From Kudoa neothunni (Eukaryota; Animalia; Cnidaria), in NCBI GenBank assembly GCA_964304625.1, contig OZ199838.1, forward strand, positions 16,145,731 through 16,209,730: 64,000 bases of DNA, given 5' to 3'. A program made the position numbers and the translations under genes. Below, piece after piece: positions 28,001-41,471 of this stretch. The notes beneath the pieces were generated by a model, which worked only from the letters and a program-made list of their open reading frames with translations, was not told the DNA's origin and did no database searches. How positions within the stretch are numbered: the stretch's first letter is position 1; the number at the start of each line of letters is the position of its first letter.

Positions 28001-28431
28001 AGTGAATTCAAGATAAATAACCTTGAGTTAGGAAAAACCTATAAAGTAATTGTTGAACCTACCGACGGTAATCAGGAATCAATTTATAAAATCAAAAGAG
28101 GTATTTTTAAAAAATGATTTATTTAACTAAATTTTTTGTAGAAAATGTTGAAACAACCATTACATATAGTTTTAACCATGGGAGCGACTTAAAGATTACT
28201 GTTAATTTTAATGAAAACAGAGATAGTTCTGTGTGTCCCTTTATGCTTCACGAGAAAACTGAAGCGGATGGGAAGAGACCAACAATTGTTTGGTGTAATG
28301 ATGATGAAGATTGTTCGGCTAACAAGTGTGTTATCGATATCAATGGGTTATCAAAGGAGAATAATTACATCTTGAATGTGAAAGTGAAAGACATTTCATT
28401 ATATAAAAAACATGATATTCCATGTAATTAG
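22040..28431 (+). CDS. Family 1 copy B: ~1,900 aa secreted protein with repeated Cys-containing FN3-like modules, apparently intact; 3' end uncertain
   Basis: ATG at 22040 gives MRQSYAGLLCLVVLT. GT donors at ~22086, 22495, 23065, 23436, 23793, 24119, 24750, 25356, 25701, 26030, 26206, 26413, 26779, 27431, 27772, 28101 (and possibly 28424) join the track ORFs in frame. FN3-type strands include YTITDLNPGTSYIISVK, FTIEGLYSGTSYDIMI and FTVVNLDPMTNYKFTV. Confidence 0.85.
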
Positions 28432-29071
28432 TTTTATTATTTTTATGTTATAAAATAATAATATTTTAATGATACCAATAAAAGATGCAAGAATTATAAA
28501 AGCATTAAGGTGATAAAATTCTGTGTATTTTTTAATAAATGTTTTCTAGTAAATTCATATATTATATAAATTTTGTCAGAATTCATATTAGAAGAGGAAA
28601 ATTTAAGGAGTGAATATTCGAATATTGATATAAACGATATAGTTCAGAAAGTGATAAAAAAGATTGAGGAAGGGTACATAATTTTATTTTATTATATTTT
28701 CTAATATTTGATTAGTAATTAGTATTTTTGTGATAACTTTGGCGTTATAAAATAATTAGAGAGTAAAGATCTGCATGAGCATACCATAGCAGAAAGTCGA
28801 AACTCGTAAATTCTTTTTTATCTACAAATCTTAACTCGTTCATAGATCACTGAATAGCTACATGTAAATATTTATACGACGATTTAATAATATTTTTTAG
28901 TTTATATGCTATGATACCGATTGGGACAGTATTATTAGTTGTGATAGGTATCGGTATACGAAAGAAATTATCCATAGATACAACGTATGATTTGTAACAG
29001 ATATATTCAAGATTATTTCATTATTTTCAGATTAATTTTATATATATATTATTCATCGAATATTTTTTATA

Positions 29072-29095
29072 CAGTAGGTAACCGATTTTCCGTAA
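29072..29095 (+). mobile_element. Possible Tc1/pogo-like terminus at the unit 2 breakpoint
   Basis: TA|CAGTAGGTAACCGATTTTCCG resembles pogo/Tigger-type TIR starts and lies exactly where copy B diverges from copy A. No second end seen. Confidence 0.3.
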
Positions 29096-29355
29096 CTTTT
29101 CAACTCTAGGAGGATTTAGTGGTGTCTTTTTTTACATTTATAATGGCTGAAAAAGTTAAAAATAAGGAAATAATAAAACTAAACAATAAATTTATTGATT
29201 TTTTTTAAATTATACTAAACAGGAGTGCATAAATTCGACTTTTAGGAAATCTAAGCTCCGTTTTATTTCTACTCTAGATATCATCCTGATAAGGAAGAAA
29301 GATAAAGTTTTATCTCTAATACTGGCTTGGCTTCTTCAAAGAGAAATAATTTTAA

Positions 29356-32300
29356 CCCTCCCGGCACGGAGTAAAAATCATCACATGCGGTCCGAAGTGG
29401 GGTCACTCAGGAACCCCAGGAGAAATTGGTCTATATAATTTGTTTATTTTCAAAAACCTTAATTTAATAAATCAATAGGTATTTTTAAAGTAAAAAAACT
29501 GTAAATTAAAATTAAATCAATTCTCTCGATGCATAAAAATGATGCCTTTTTCACGCTATCGCATAACAAGAAGAAACGGGGTATTTTCCCATTCAAATTG
29601 ATCGGATTTTAATTAGTCGGTCGTATATATAAAAATGATCAAACGAAAAGGTGAAAATACACGAGAAAATTAAACTAAACAGTGTAAACGTTATCAGTGA
29701 ATCACTTCCCGCTGGTGCGTATAGCTCGTTTATTATTGGTATAATCCGATTTATGTATCACAAAATATTTGAGTCTTATTTTCACAAAGTATCTGCATTT
29801 AATTGAAATTTATCTGGTGTATATAATCAAATATTTATTTTTTATCCTATATCACGTCTCATTTACGTGTTACTTATACAATTTCACATTTTTTTAATAA
29901 TACAAAAATTATTTATTCAAATTTTTAGGTGTAAAACAAAAAATATTTTGTTTTAAGTGAATTCTTCTAATTAATGGATAAAAATATTCAAACTAAGAAA
30001 TACAACTTCTTAATTTGCATAGATTTCATTGAAAAATTAACCCGCATTGAATCGACAGCAGTAGTATACTTAATTTTGTTCTTAAATTGTTAGTTGGTGT
30101 TAAAAACTTCAAAAAACTTATAAAAACAAATTTTTAAGTAATGCACAATTAGATGATAAAATTAATGATTACAGTTGGAACAAAACGCAGTATTTCTTTG
30201 ATTTCTGTGCCGTGCACACACAAACATTCGACAATGGAAACAAACCATGTTGGTTTTTTTGTCTACGTTCCTAGGACACAAAGCACATCGTTTCCTACTT
30301 GGCTGTGGTAAACAATTCACTTTGGATGGCGAACAATCATTATTTTCATCAACAAATAAGTCGAAGCCATATTTTATATAATATGGCGAATTTTTACAAT
30401 GACTCTGGCGCTGAAGAACATTCCTCTTTGCTAACTGAATGGAAAGTTCACGCAAAAAGTATTGTCGCTTACTTCTACTGTTCCTTTTCCAATCGGGATA
30501 TTTTTACTCCATAGTATGTGTGAATTTAAACATGCTATATCCAAAATATCCATAAACACCCTCAAGGGCCACATACGCGTAGATCTAGCACAACCATATA
30601 ATACAATCATTTTATCCGCCATGTCGACACCTCCTTTCGTCTTATTGTAGTGAATTATCACATTTGGTCGTTTTCTATCTTCATTTTCAATAGAAACGTC
30701 GTTATGCTCCGTCGACAAAAGGTTTATCACGTAATTTTTGTTTGGAACATAGGAAATCACCGTAAGGTCTCCATTAAACCCAAAAATTGAAGAAAACACT
30801 TCGCGGTTGGGGGATTTAGCGAATTCTTTAGGAATTTCACGTTTGTTGAAACGGATAGCTCCAGTCAATGTAATTTTTTTGAGAAGAAATACTTGGCAAA
30901 TGGCACAGAAGTAAAAAAATTATCTACTGTAACTCCTCGACACGTACCGTAAAATGGCGCAATTAGATCTTTCACCACTCGGGCTCCTTGATTTATCTCT
31001 CTCACTCCATCAACTTTTCCAATATCTGGTTGGATGTTTAAGAGATATGAAGTTTCCGAGTCTGCAGCTGTCCACAATTTGACGCCATAACGGCCCGGTT
31101 TACTTTTCATATAAACTCGTAAAGGGCATCTACCACGAAATTTCACCAACCTCTCGTCAACGGTAATATAGGATCCCGGCCAAAAGTTTCTGAAACAGTT
31201 TTCATTAAAAGCATGAAAGATCTTTCGAAAAGCTTCGAATTTGTCGTTTGTTTCTCTTTTACGGTAGTTTCTAGTAGACTTATCATCAAACTTCACCCCT
31301 TGATATATGTGGGTAAATCGGTCCCTGGATATCGCTGCCGCAAAATACAACTGCTTGAATAATGGATTGGTATCCCACACATTTCGAAGAGCAAGAGATT
31401 GGCCATTGGAGCGGTCGGAGGCAATTAAAACACCCATAAAGGCTTTTAACTCGTCAATGGTCATTTCATCATTTTGTATATGTTTATATTGTTCGCAATA
31501 TTTATTGGTACATGAGACGATTTCTTCAAGAATATCCTCCGTAATGAATAATTCAAAGGTCTCTAAAATGGTGTTAAAATTTCCTGGCTCTCTTACAAAT
31601 TCAGAAGATGGAGGAAGAATCTTTTTATGGTAACGATCCTTTGTTTTTGTCCGAGGTTCTACACTCCATTTAAAGCCAGATTGAGAAACTAACTCAAAAT
31701 CGTGATTTTCTGTTTCAAGAGAATAGTCAAAGCCCTCAGAAAAGTCTTCTTCGACATCTCTGTTAATTTCCTCAAGAAAATCCCCAGTGGATGTATCATC
31801 TGACTCAGAAATTTCATATTCTGAAGTATCATAACGATGAGTGGAAGATGAATTATGAATATATTTCTCAGCTTAGTTGCTCATAATTACAATATAAGTG
31901 CTTTATCAAATTAAATAAAAAATTAAAATTTTTAACAACCAATTACCTTATCAGAATTAGAATAAAACTCGATCGAAATGAATTAACATGAGGGAGATTG
32001 GTAAACAGATGTCGGATTAACTTACGTAATTCCCCCAAAATATCACAAAGTAACTTTAAATTTGATTTTAACTCATGATATAAATACAAAAAGATATTTC
32101 CTATTAATACGAAAAGTTAATGTAGTTATGAAATAAAACAGGAGATGAGATAGTCATTATTTCTTAAAAAATATGTATGACGTCATTTTAAAAGCGAAAA
32201 CTATTTATTATATTATAATAAAACAAAATTATATATAAAAATATTTAAATAGAAGCCTTATATCTTTATAGAGGAATTCAGGAAATTTTACAATCGAAAA

Positions 32301-32374
32301 TTAAACGTGTTTGAAATTATAAACAAAATGGTTATTATGGGGTCTCTAAGTTACCCCGCTTCGGGCAAGCAGTG
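29356..32374 (-). mobile_element. piggyBac family P2, near full length and decayed
   Basis: TTAA|CCCTCC at 29356. The inner inverted repeat ccgaagtggggtcactcaggaacccca matches tggggtctctaagttaccccgcttcgg, followed by TTAA at 32375. Confidence 0.85.
30162..31884 (-). pseudogene. piggyBac (PGBD-type) transposase, frameshifted
   Basis: DDD motifs ITVDERLVKFRGRC..KPGRYGVKLW, VTVDNFFTS and YNKTKGGVDMAD; C-terminal Cys finger CALC..CFHC..VCARH. Split over several ORFs. Confidence 0.9.
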
Positions 32375-34460
32375 TTAAACAATGTTCAAATCGCGACATC
32401 AATACTATAGTATATGACCGTGTGAATTATTTGAGATAAAAAAATTGAACTATCTGATCATGATATCGTACATGAAAGAAACCAATTGACAAAAGAATTA
32501 AACCTAAACGTAATAATGAGCCATGATTGATTTCTTGGTTTTAAATCACGATTTAATTTAAATATATCATTTCCCATGATGATGATGCTTATGTTGACTA
32601 AAGTTTTATAGAAATATGGTAACCTAAATTGAATGACTAAATCAAAGGTAACAACGATGACTGTATCCATAATCTTGACGAAACTGCATTATCTTAGTAG
32701 AAACAAGGAGGTTCATTATTTTTAATGCTATGTTTCGTCGAGAGAAAAAAATCTAAAAAATAGTCACTGTTTCGCGACGATCATTTACGCCTGGAGGTTG
32801 CATTGAATCTCTTGTGATAGGAAATCACAAAAACCACGTTGTTTTAAAAATGCTAAATAAAACAGGAAAGAATGGATGATTAGGGAAACATTTAAAGAAT
32901 ATCCTTCTAATTTTGACAATGTATTCAAAACGAAATACAAGAGAGTTTACTACTTCTTAATAATGCCATTTGCCGCGTCGAAATTCATTCGTCCAATATC
33001 TCTCTTATATTCCTTACAAAAAATTCAACTAGCGTTTTGCAACTATTACATCATGGAATCATTTTTTCATTCCTATTAAATTACAAAAATAATTTAATAA
33101 AAAACCATATTGCTGCAGTTAGCAGTGATATAAATACATCCTCCCAAGGTATGCTTCAAACATTGTTCCTAATTATAAATAATGGGACGGTATTTCAAAG
33201 GATATTGTATTTAATCGTTTCAGAAAATATTAATTTAAGCAATAAAGAATTCTCAGCTGGAAATTCCGAGATTATTCAAAAGGAAGTCATTATGTCTACA
33301 TCAAAACACTTTGACGAGCTTGCTCCTTTGATTGTTGAATCTGCGGATTCTGAAAATAAAGATTTAGGAGTGGCAGAATTTATATCAGAAAAAGATGCAT
33401 CTAAATATTTAAACAAGAAGAATAAATGTACGACAGAGAGGAACTGATTATCTAGACGAAATTAATTTCATTAAAATAAAATAATTAATTTATTGATGAG
33501 GGTAAATATTTGGTAATAGTACAAAAGTTGTAAAATTCTAATATAATACACTTCTTAAGTATTAAAATATATCTAAGATAGTACATAATTTATAAAGAAT
33601 CGAAATATTTTAATACGAACAATTATGATTTCCAATGTTTGCCTTATGGATATGCTTATTTCTCCACAATTATTATTTCGCAGTATAAACTAAAGAACTA
33701 ATAAACAGCAACGTATAATGCCAAACTATAATAAAATTTAATGTTTGAATATATATAGAATATTTCTCTCTTTGGAAAATAGGAATAATCGATTAAATTC
33801 TTATGTATGTGTATCAAAAATATTAAATTATTTTGTGTGAATTCCGCCTTTCAAAAATTTTACTTATGCTTGGGTATTATTTCAATATTTATCTATTTTT
33901 ATTGATCTTTATAAATTTTACTTGAATGATATATGAGGCCAACGTAAAATTTGAAGATCATTTTTGGGGAAATTTAAAAAATCATTTATTCTCACAATCT
34001 AGAGCCTAAATGTTGCAGTGGACGGCGAAAATATATTTATCATCGTAATGGACTTAAGTTGGACACATTAATCTGGTTATGGTTCATTTTCCGTCGATAA
34101 GATGCAGAATTAAAATTTATTGTACTTATCAATTAAATGTCACTTGTTTAACAAACATTATCATCAGCGATAAACCTCTACAACAGACAATGCACAAAAG
34201 TTAATGGAAAATTGGTTCGTTCGTGTTTTGCGCCAAGAGTGGAACATGACTTTTTATCCGTGTATATACGAAGGTGCATTACGTGATTTGTACTGTAGAA
34301 TCAAATATCCTCAAAAATCATTATATATAAAATGATGGTAGGACACAAAAAGTCTAAATATGAAGTCAAACAATAATTCAAATAACCGATAAACATAATG
34401 CTAACTAATTTTAGAATTAAAAATAATAACTAATCTAAAAGGTTGGAGTCATAGTATTAA

Positions 34461-36434
34461 TTAACGTTTTTTGGAGCATATTATTATAATAATGAAAACA
34501 AATATTATCACGATGGGTACGACGATCGCTATCACCAAAAAATTTTTCGATTTGGTAGATGAATTTTTTTGGATGGATTCGGTTGAATTTGTAATATTTG
34601 GAGTAGTTCGAGTCTCATTTTGGTTTTCTTAAATTTAGTAATAAAATAGTATATATATAATGAAAAAACCTTCAATAAATTTAATATATGTTCGATTATT
34701 GGCATAATTTTGTTCCCATGATGGTAACCTGTTCTAATATTATAATTTATAAATTATACGATATGATAATTATAAAGATACATCGATGCGAAAAAGGTAA
34801 TCGATATCTTTTTTCAGTCCTTGCTCATAAATATATGCAATAAGAGAGTACACATATATCTTCGTCACTATATCCTAAATCTATTGAACATGTATTAGTC
34901 CATATTTTATATACTTCCACATCGTAGGTGTTTGAAGTGATTTTTTCTTTTATAGACGTGTTTATGTTGGAAAGGTCAGAGAATGAATACAGAGCTAACG
35001 TTGGATCATCAATATAAAACTAAATACACATAATAAATGTATTTTATTTTGATACACATATAATATCTATACCTTAAAATATTTGCTTCCTATTTTTAAA
35101 GGAAAATCAATTTTTTTAAACTCAATAGTTTGATCATTCCAAGGGTGAGTTTCATCGAGAACCAACGTTACACTTTTAATAAATTCTAAGCAAGCTTCAT
35201 AGTTGTAGGAAGCTACGAATTTTATTTGTCCCAAAAATTTGTTATAATCTTCCAATGTAGATATTAAATTAATATATTCTTCTGTTGATATGGAAATCGT
35301 TTCATCCTTGATAGAACAAGGGAATTTTAAAATAATTGATCCATCTCCCTGATCAACTTCAAATTTATTTTTCTATGAAATAAATTAATTGAAAATTAAA
35401 TGAATGGATTAAATTACAGTTATAGATTTGTAAATCAATCTAGGCAGAATATACTTGTAGCCGTTGGATTTCATATATTTACACAATAAAGAATGTGACG
35501 TTGAATTGGCAGAGAAAACTACAATATCATTATTATCACCATCGTTGTTGTGTATTTCTGTTGGATATCCAATCATTAACAAATCTGCATCCAATGATAT
35601 ATATCCAGCGTCGTTATATTGCTAATTTTTCAATACAATTATTGATATATTTTTATTTCATTTTAAAATTTAATTCCAAAAATGTTAGTTATAAAAAAAC
35701 ATAATTTCGATTGATATTTGTTAAAATTATCAATTACCGTCGTCACATAGAATTTTCTATCACCCTAAACAAAGAATAAAAAACCATTTTATATTTTTAT
35801 TATGTGGATACTTCTCTTCTGTATATATTGACAATATTTGAATCCACATAATTAAGAATAATTTTATCATTAGTCGATAATTTGGAATAGGATATTTGTA
35901 GAAGTTTATTATCGAGAGTAACGTTGCGAACGTTGGTACCAAAATCCACCCAATTTAGATAATGCATATTTTTCATTCTATAAAATAATATTAATTTTTC
36001 TTTTAGCATTAATAGAATATTACGATGATGCAAAATTTTCATCAGAAATCACAACAGTTACGCTAGAGTTTTCGATCCGGAAATGCCTTTTCAATATTGC
36101 CAAACATTCGTCCTCAATAACAGTCGCGTTATAAGTGACATTATTTGAATCTTAATTGACTTTTAAATAATTAATGAATAAATATTTAATTACTAGGACA
36201 GGGCAATGTTACTGATTGATCACATTTGACTCCAAAAAACATAAAATGTTCATGTTCACAAACAAATGCTTTAATATTTATTTCACCATCATCAACATAA
36301 ATCAATATCTCCTAAATATGTAATATATTACATTAATAAATCATACTTTTTATTACTTTTTTATATTCATCTTCTGAAGCGGATATTACAATATATAAAG
36401 TAAATAAAACCAACTTCAAGAACCAATATACCAT
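34461..36434 (-). CDS. Family 2 copy 2: ~500 aa multi-exon type I membrane protein of unknown function
   Basis: Near-identical paralog of 11144-13121, with canonical GT donors and an intact frame at the copy-1 lesions. Signal peptide; motifs FFGVKC, KFPC and CLEFI..V...DETHPWN; stalk, TM segment and short basic tail. Confidence 0.8.
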
Positions 36435-37981
36435 TTTACTAAACAATATTTAATATTACTATAAATCAAATCCAATAAAAATATGCGTATGATTATAAAT
36501 TTTTTATTAATTGTTTAAAAAAATACTTAAACTTTTTATTTATGGTTCAAGTAAATGATTATTTTTTCAAAATAAATTCGTTGCTTATTTAAAATTAACG
36601 ATTAAACGTTACGCCAGAATAATTCCAACTAAATCTTACCCAAATTATAATAATATTATTTAATGAAAATGTAATATAATATTGTATAATCAATAATTTA
36701 ATGAATATCTGTAAGATATTTTATTTTGTTGGAAATCGTAAGAAAAAGTATTAATATTTAATACAGCATTATACACCCTTTCTCCAGATATTCATTAGTT
36801 ATATTTATACGAAAATTAATTTAAAAAAATTATAAATTGAATATATTAAAGTATATATTTTATTATAATATTTATTGTTAATCATTATTTGGAGTTGTTA
36901 TTAATTATTTTATCTATTCAAATATACTAATTTATTAGGTATGTTTTAATTAATTTTCTCAAAATATATTATTAAGGAATTTATTTATTTTTACTTATTA
37001 TAAGTTAATTCATTGGATACCTATATATAAATCTGAAATTAAAATCGCTACTTAAGAATCTAATTCCAATTTTAATAAACTTATTAAAAAATGTGAAGAA
37101 AAAGTATGATGATACTATAAATAATTAATAGATGTCATATAATGATAAACGTAACTTAAATCTAAAAATTATAATAAATAATTTGGTTTGGAACATAAAT
37201 AAAGTAATTTTTTTCATTTATGTATTATTCCTATGAGTTTTTGGTTTAGCCCAATTAGTGTCTCTCCCATATGTGTCTGTCTGATTTAATAATTCGTTAT
37301 TAATGTTTAGAGGTGTCACCCATGAAAATTTCCTTGGGGATTTAAACCATATTCTTATTATCAAATCCTATTATTAATAATTAAAAAATTTCAATAGGTA
37401 AATAGACTCCGTCTATCCTAAAATATCGTTGGCATTGGGAGGTAAAATTTCGTTTCAAAGGTCAGATAACCCTGATGTAAATTCAGGAAAGAATTAGCAT
37501 TTGAAAACATAAATTGATTAAAAATTACAATATGTGTTTGTTTTATTGATTGATTTCCATATTTAAATGAATAATTTTTTAACTTTAATTTGAAAAACGA
37601 TCAAGATCGTACTATATCATTTTCTTGTTATTGTATGTCTGGCATTACTCTAAAAGCGCGCGTTTCCAAGTGATGTATTCAAACACGTGTAATTTAATTT
37701 ATTTCCAATCTTTAAAATCTTTAAATTATATTATTTATTGTATTCTATTTTTTAATTATGAATTTCGAAATAAATTATGCTCACTAAACTTCACAGAAGT
37801 TATGTGAATTTTCCGTTTTAGATTTCAATATAAACAAGAATTGTGAGAAAACTAATCATAATTAGGTCATTTTTTCAGAAATTAGTTGAATATAACACGA
37901 TGAACAATGTCTATCGTAGTCAAATGAATAATGAGAGATCTAAGAAAACTTAGTTTTCTTTTTGTATCCAATAGTGGTTAA

Positions 37982-39392
37982 CCCTCTAACGGGCTCGGGG
38001 TCTTATACTCCAAAACGATTTTAATTGGTCCATAGAATATTTAATAATTAACTGGGGTACATATAATTTCGTCAATTCTCCTAGGTTATTTAAATAAATA
38101 GACTTATAAAAATATTTATGTGTAATATTGATTATTTCTTATCAAACGAAATTTTTATCCTCAAACGGGCTTTGAGGTAAAAAAGACCCCGGAATTCTTT
38201 GATATAATGTATGTAGAAAATTGTTATAAGATAATTTGGTAATTCAACAAAAAATATGCCTAATAAATACTGAGAAATTCAGCAATTATTAATCGAGATA
38301 AACCGCAATAATTTGATTGGGCATGTTTATTGCAATGTGTTGGAAACAATCGCTTTAATGAGTATTGTAAGGTCAAAGTTTATTAGTTGAAAACAAATAG
38401 AATTCACATATTACCCGTGTATGCTAGCAATAAATAACCCCCTACAATGTAAGCTACAGATAATTTAAGTCTTGGGGTCGTATGAAGAGTTAACGCGAAA
38501 TATACACCAATTTTATCATTTGCTGCGCTCATTGAGATAATCATGGCACCGTCCGAGGATTTTAGCGATGAATATCAACGTTTAAGTAGAGACATTGATG
38601 AAACCGTTCTCGAATATTCCGAAGAATCCGATGATACACATAAACTAAAGTCTGAAACAATAGTGAATTACAATGATTCCAAAGGTGGAGTAGATACCGT
38701 GGATCAGATGTTAGCTTCCGTTTCGGTCCGTAGATTTAATCAACGATGGCCCATGGTGGTTTTTTACAATATATTGGATTTGAATTTGATAAATATTTTG
38801 CCTGTATAAACATATATTTAACGATCTCATGAAATTGAGATGTGATTTTCTGAAAAAAATGGTTGGAGAGTTGTATAAACTTCTTTTTTAAAAAATTCCC
38901 AAATGAAAAAATGTTTAAAAAGATCTCATTCAATTTCTATGGAAACATACAACTTTGCAGATTCAAATACTTCTAAACGTAGATGTGAATATCTTTCTTG
39001 TGAAAACGATAAGAAAACAATATCCAAATGATCAAAATGTAGAAGTTTTTATTGTCGCCCCCATTCGTCAAATAAATGTCTAAATTGCTAGCTATTAAAA
39101 TCCAAATTTTTTTGGGACCCTTGGAAATATTTTATCTTTTGTTTTTTACTATAATATCATTTTTCATTATTTCAAATAAGACTAAACATATTAAACGTTA
39201 TAACAACGATTTATCGCGATATCTGCTTAATCTTTCCGAAGAGGATTATTGAAGATTAATTATGTAGTAATTGATTGTTTTCTCAACGTTACTTAGGCAG
39301 AATTTTCCCACATTTTCCACATAAGTTTATAATAATTTTCTACATACATTAAATCAAAAAAATCTGGGGTCTTTTTTACCCCCAATTTGGGG
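37982..39392 (+). mobile_element. piggyBac family P1 relic with a different internal deletion
   Basis: TTAA|CCCTCTAACGGG left end, homologous to the 15197 element. ORF 38543 fuses MAPSEDFSDEY to YNDSKGGVDTVDQM..RWPMVVFYNILD (third catalytic D region). Ends in GGG|TTAA at 39392. Confidence 0.85.
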
Positions 39393-39759
39393 TTAAGACG
39401 TTTCGGTTTCGATCCGATATTTCGGTATCGGTTATTTCTAAAACGGTTTTCGGTTTTTTAAATAATTTTTTCAATTATCATTGTAACTTTTTGTTCAAGC
39501 AAAAAAAATTTAAATATGTGATGGAATTAAATCTTGTTTTAGTCACTCTTTGTTTAAACATACTCTTTCAACCCAAATTTTGGATTATTTTAGAATAGAA
39601 TTAATTTTTATGTAAACTTTTACTGTTATAATTAATTTTATTATTCAACATTTTTTGTCATTACCTTTAAAAACGATTATATATATTTTAAGCTAAAATT
39701 TTTTCAAACGCACTATAAAAAATTCTATAGTTCAAATTTCAATTTAGTTATTTCTATTT

Positions 39760-41460
39760 TCATAAATAAAAAAAATTGTCTCAAGTTTCAAATCACTCAG
39801 TTTTGTTCTCAAGGTGGAAATAACACGGTTGCATAGGGAAAAACATCTTTCTGAGTCAATACTTGTAGGCCTTATATTAGCGAGAGTTTTACGAACCTTC
39901 TCTAAACGATCTTACATCACACCGTGATTCATAAAATTGATAATTTCAATGGAATCCGAACAATATTTTGACTTTTTCGGTCTGGTCGCGTAATTAATCA
40001 AATCGTCTAAACCCATTTCAGCTTTCGAAGGTTCATGGTTGTGGATTTGATCATTCGGTTCAATGAAATTAATTGCTTCTTGTAACTCAAAATTTGAAGG
40101 TCTTCTGTAGAATAAACTCTTTTTACAAATGTTTGAATCGAAGCTCAAAAACATAAATATGTCAGACCAAATGGTGCGTCGTTCAAAGCAGCGTTCGATA
40201 AATTTCATTTTTAAATTTTCTGAAATTGTTCCGTCAATAAGAGAGAGATCCTTAACTGTATTAGTTAGTATAAAATCACATTGTTCAAGATTTATTTGTG
40301 ACTCTGAAAGTTTGAGAACGGCGCGATGCACAATTTCCAGACATGATGTTAATTCCTTAAAATTCAGTCATTTTTACAATATCTTTATCGATAATTACAT
40401 TGACCAAAATCATGTAAGCGTCTTCAATGGCCTCGAACATCTTCACAAATTTGCCTAACATATCGTAACAACTTGACCATCGTGTCACACAATCGATATT
40501 CATTGATAGGTATTTAATGCCTTTTCTTTCACATGATTTTCTCAAGGCGTCCGAAGCCAATCCAGATCTTGAAAAGTTACTGACAACTGACCTCACCCGA
40601 GATAAAATATCTAAGAAACTTGGCACAAGGACAAATTCTTGCTCATCAAACTCCAGCTCGTCAGTTATAGTTTCGAAATTTTTTGGATTCTGGCTATTAG
40701 CTTCTTCATACATTGTGTCTTTTACAGCTATACGTTAATGTAGGTTTGTCAATTAATAATTCAATTACCTAAATTTATTCCATGTAGCATGCACTTTATC
40801 TGCTGAAAAACCTAACTCAAAAGTGCATTTTGCCATGTTTGACGCTCCATCGGTACACATAAATAAGGACGTAAAGCCAAATTTCGATAACTGGTTTTTG
40901 ATTAAGAACGCCAATTCTACACCTGTAGATCCTTCGGTGACTCTAATAACCCCGAGTTAAATTTTTTTGTCTTCGAAATATGCTGGGATATTAAGAAATC
41001 GTTTTTTAGACCTTGACGTCCACTCATCAGAACAGAGCGCAGGTCTTGAATTGGCACTGGAAAATTTTTTTTATCTTGCTCACCATAGATGCTTCTACTT
41101 TTACGCAAGAATCGAAAATTTCATCATAGGATACTGGGATTTCTTTATTGTGAACTTTTTTCAACAATCGTCTTATGGTGGTACTTTTTGCAATTTTGGC
41201 AATATCACTATCCAGGATAAAATCCCAAAGACATTTTCTCGCAAAACTTTCAATAACGGGTTTTATTTGTATGTTTCTAAATTTCAATAGAAAAATATCA
41301 GCGATTGCAACAACTTATTTTTCGAATCAATCCCATGTAATTTAGCGTGTGCATGCAATGTACTAGTCGAACTTTTTTTGCACATAAGTACTGTATCAAA
41401 TTTTTTACCCCTTTAATATTTTAAAAACTAGTTTATTTTTTTAAAATGCTGCATCAGTTA
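39760..41460 (-). pseudogene. hAT transposase (family H2), fragmented; subterminal cggtt repeats at 39393-39460
   Basis: Motifs ALCSDEWTS, MCTDGASNMA, DCVTRWSSCYDML and RPTSIDSERCFS, plus a BED remnant SSTSTLHAHAKLH. Clearly distinct from H1. Confidence 0.85.
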
Positions 41461-41471
41461 CATTTTTACAT

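Larger units (their letters stand above)
21420..37540 (+). repeat. Tandem segmental duplication unit 2, interrupted by 29070-33475
   Basis: Near identity to unit 1 at 10157-13300 vs 33477-36600, decaying further on. Upstream 21420-21850 is homologous to 43225-43630. Confidence 0.85.
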
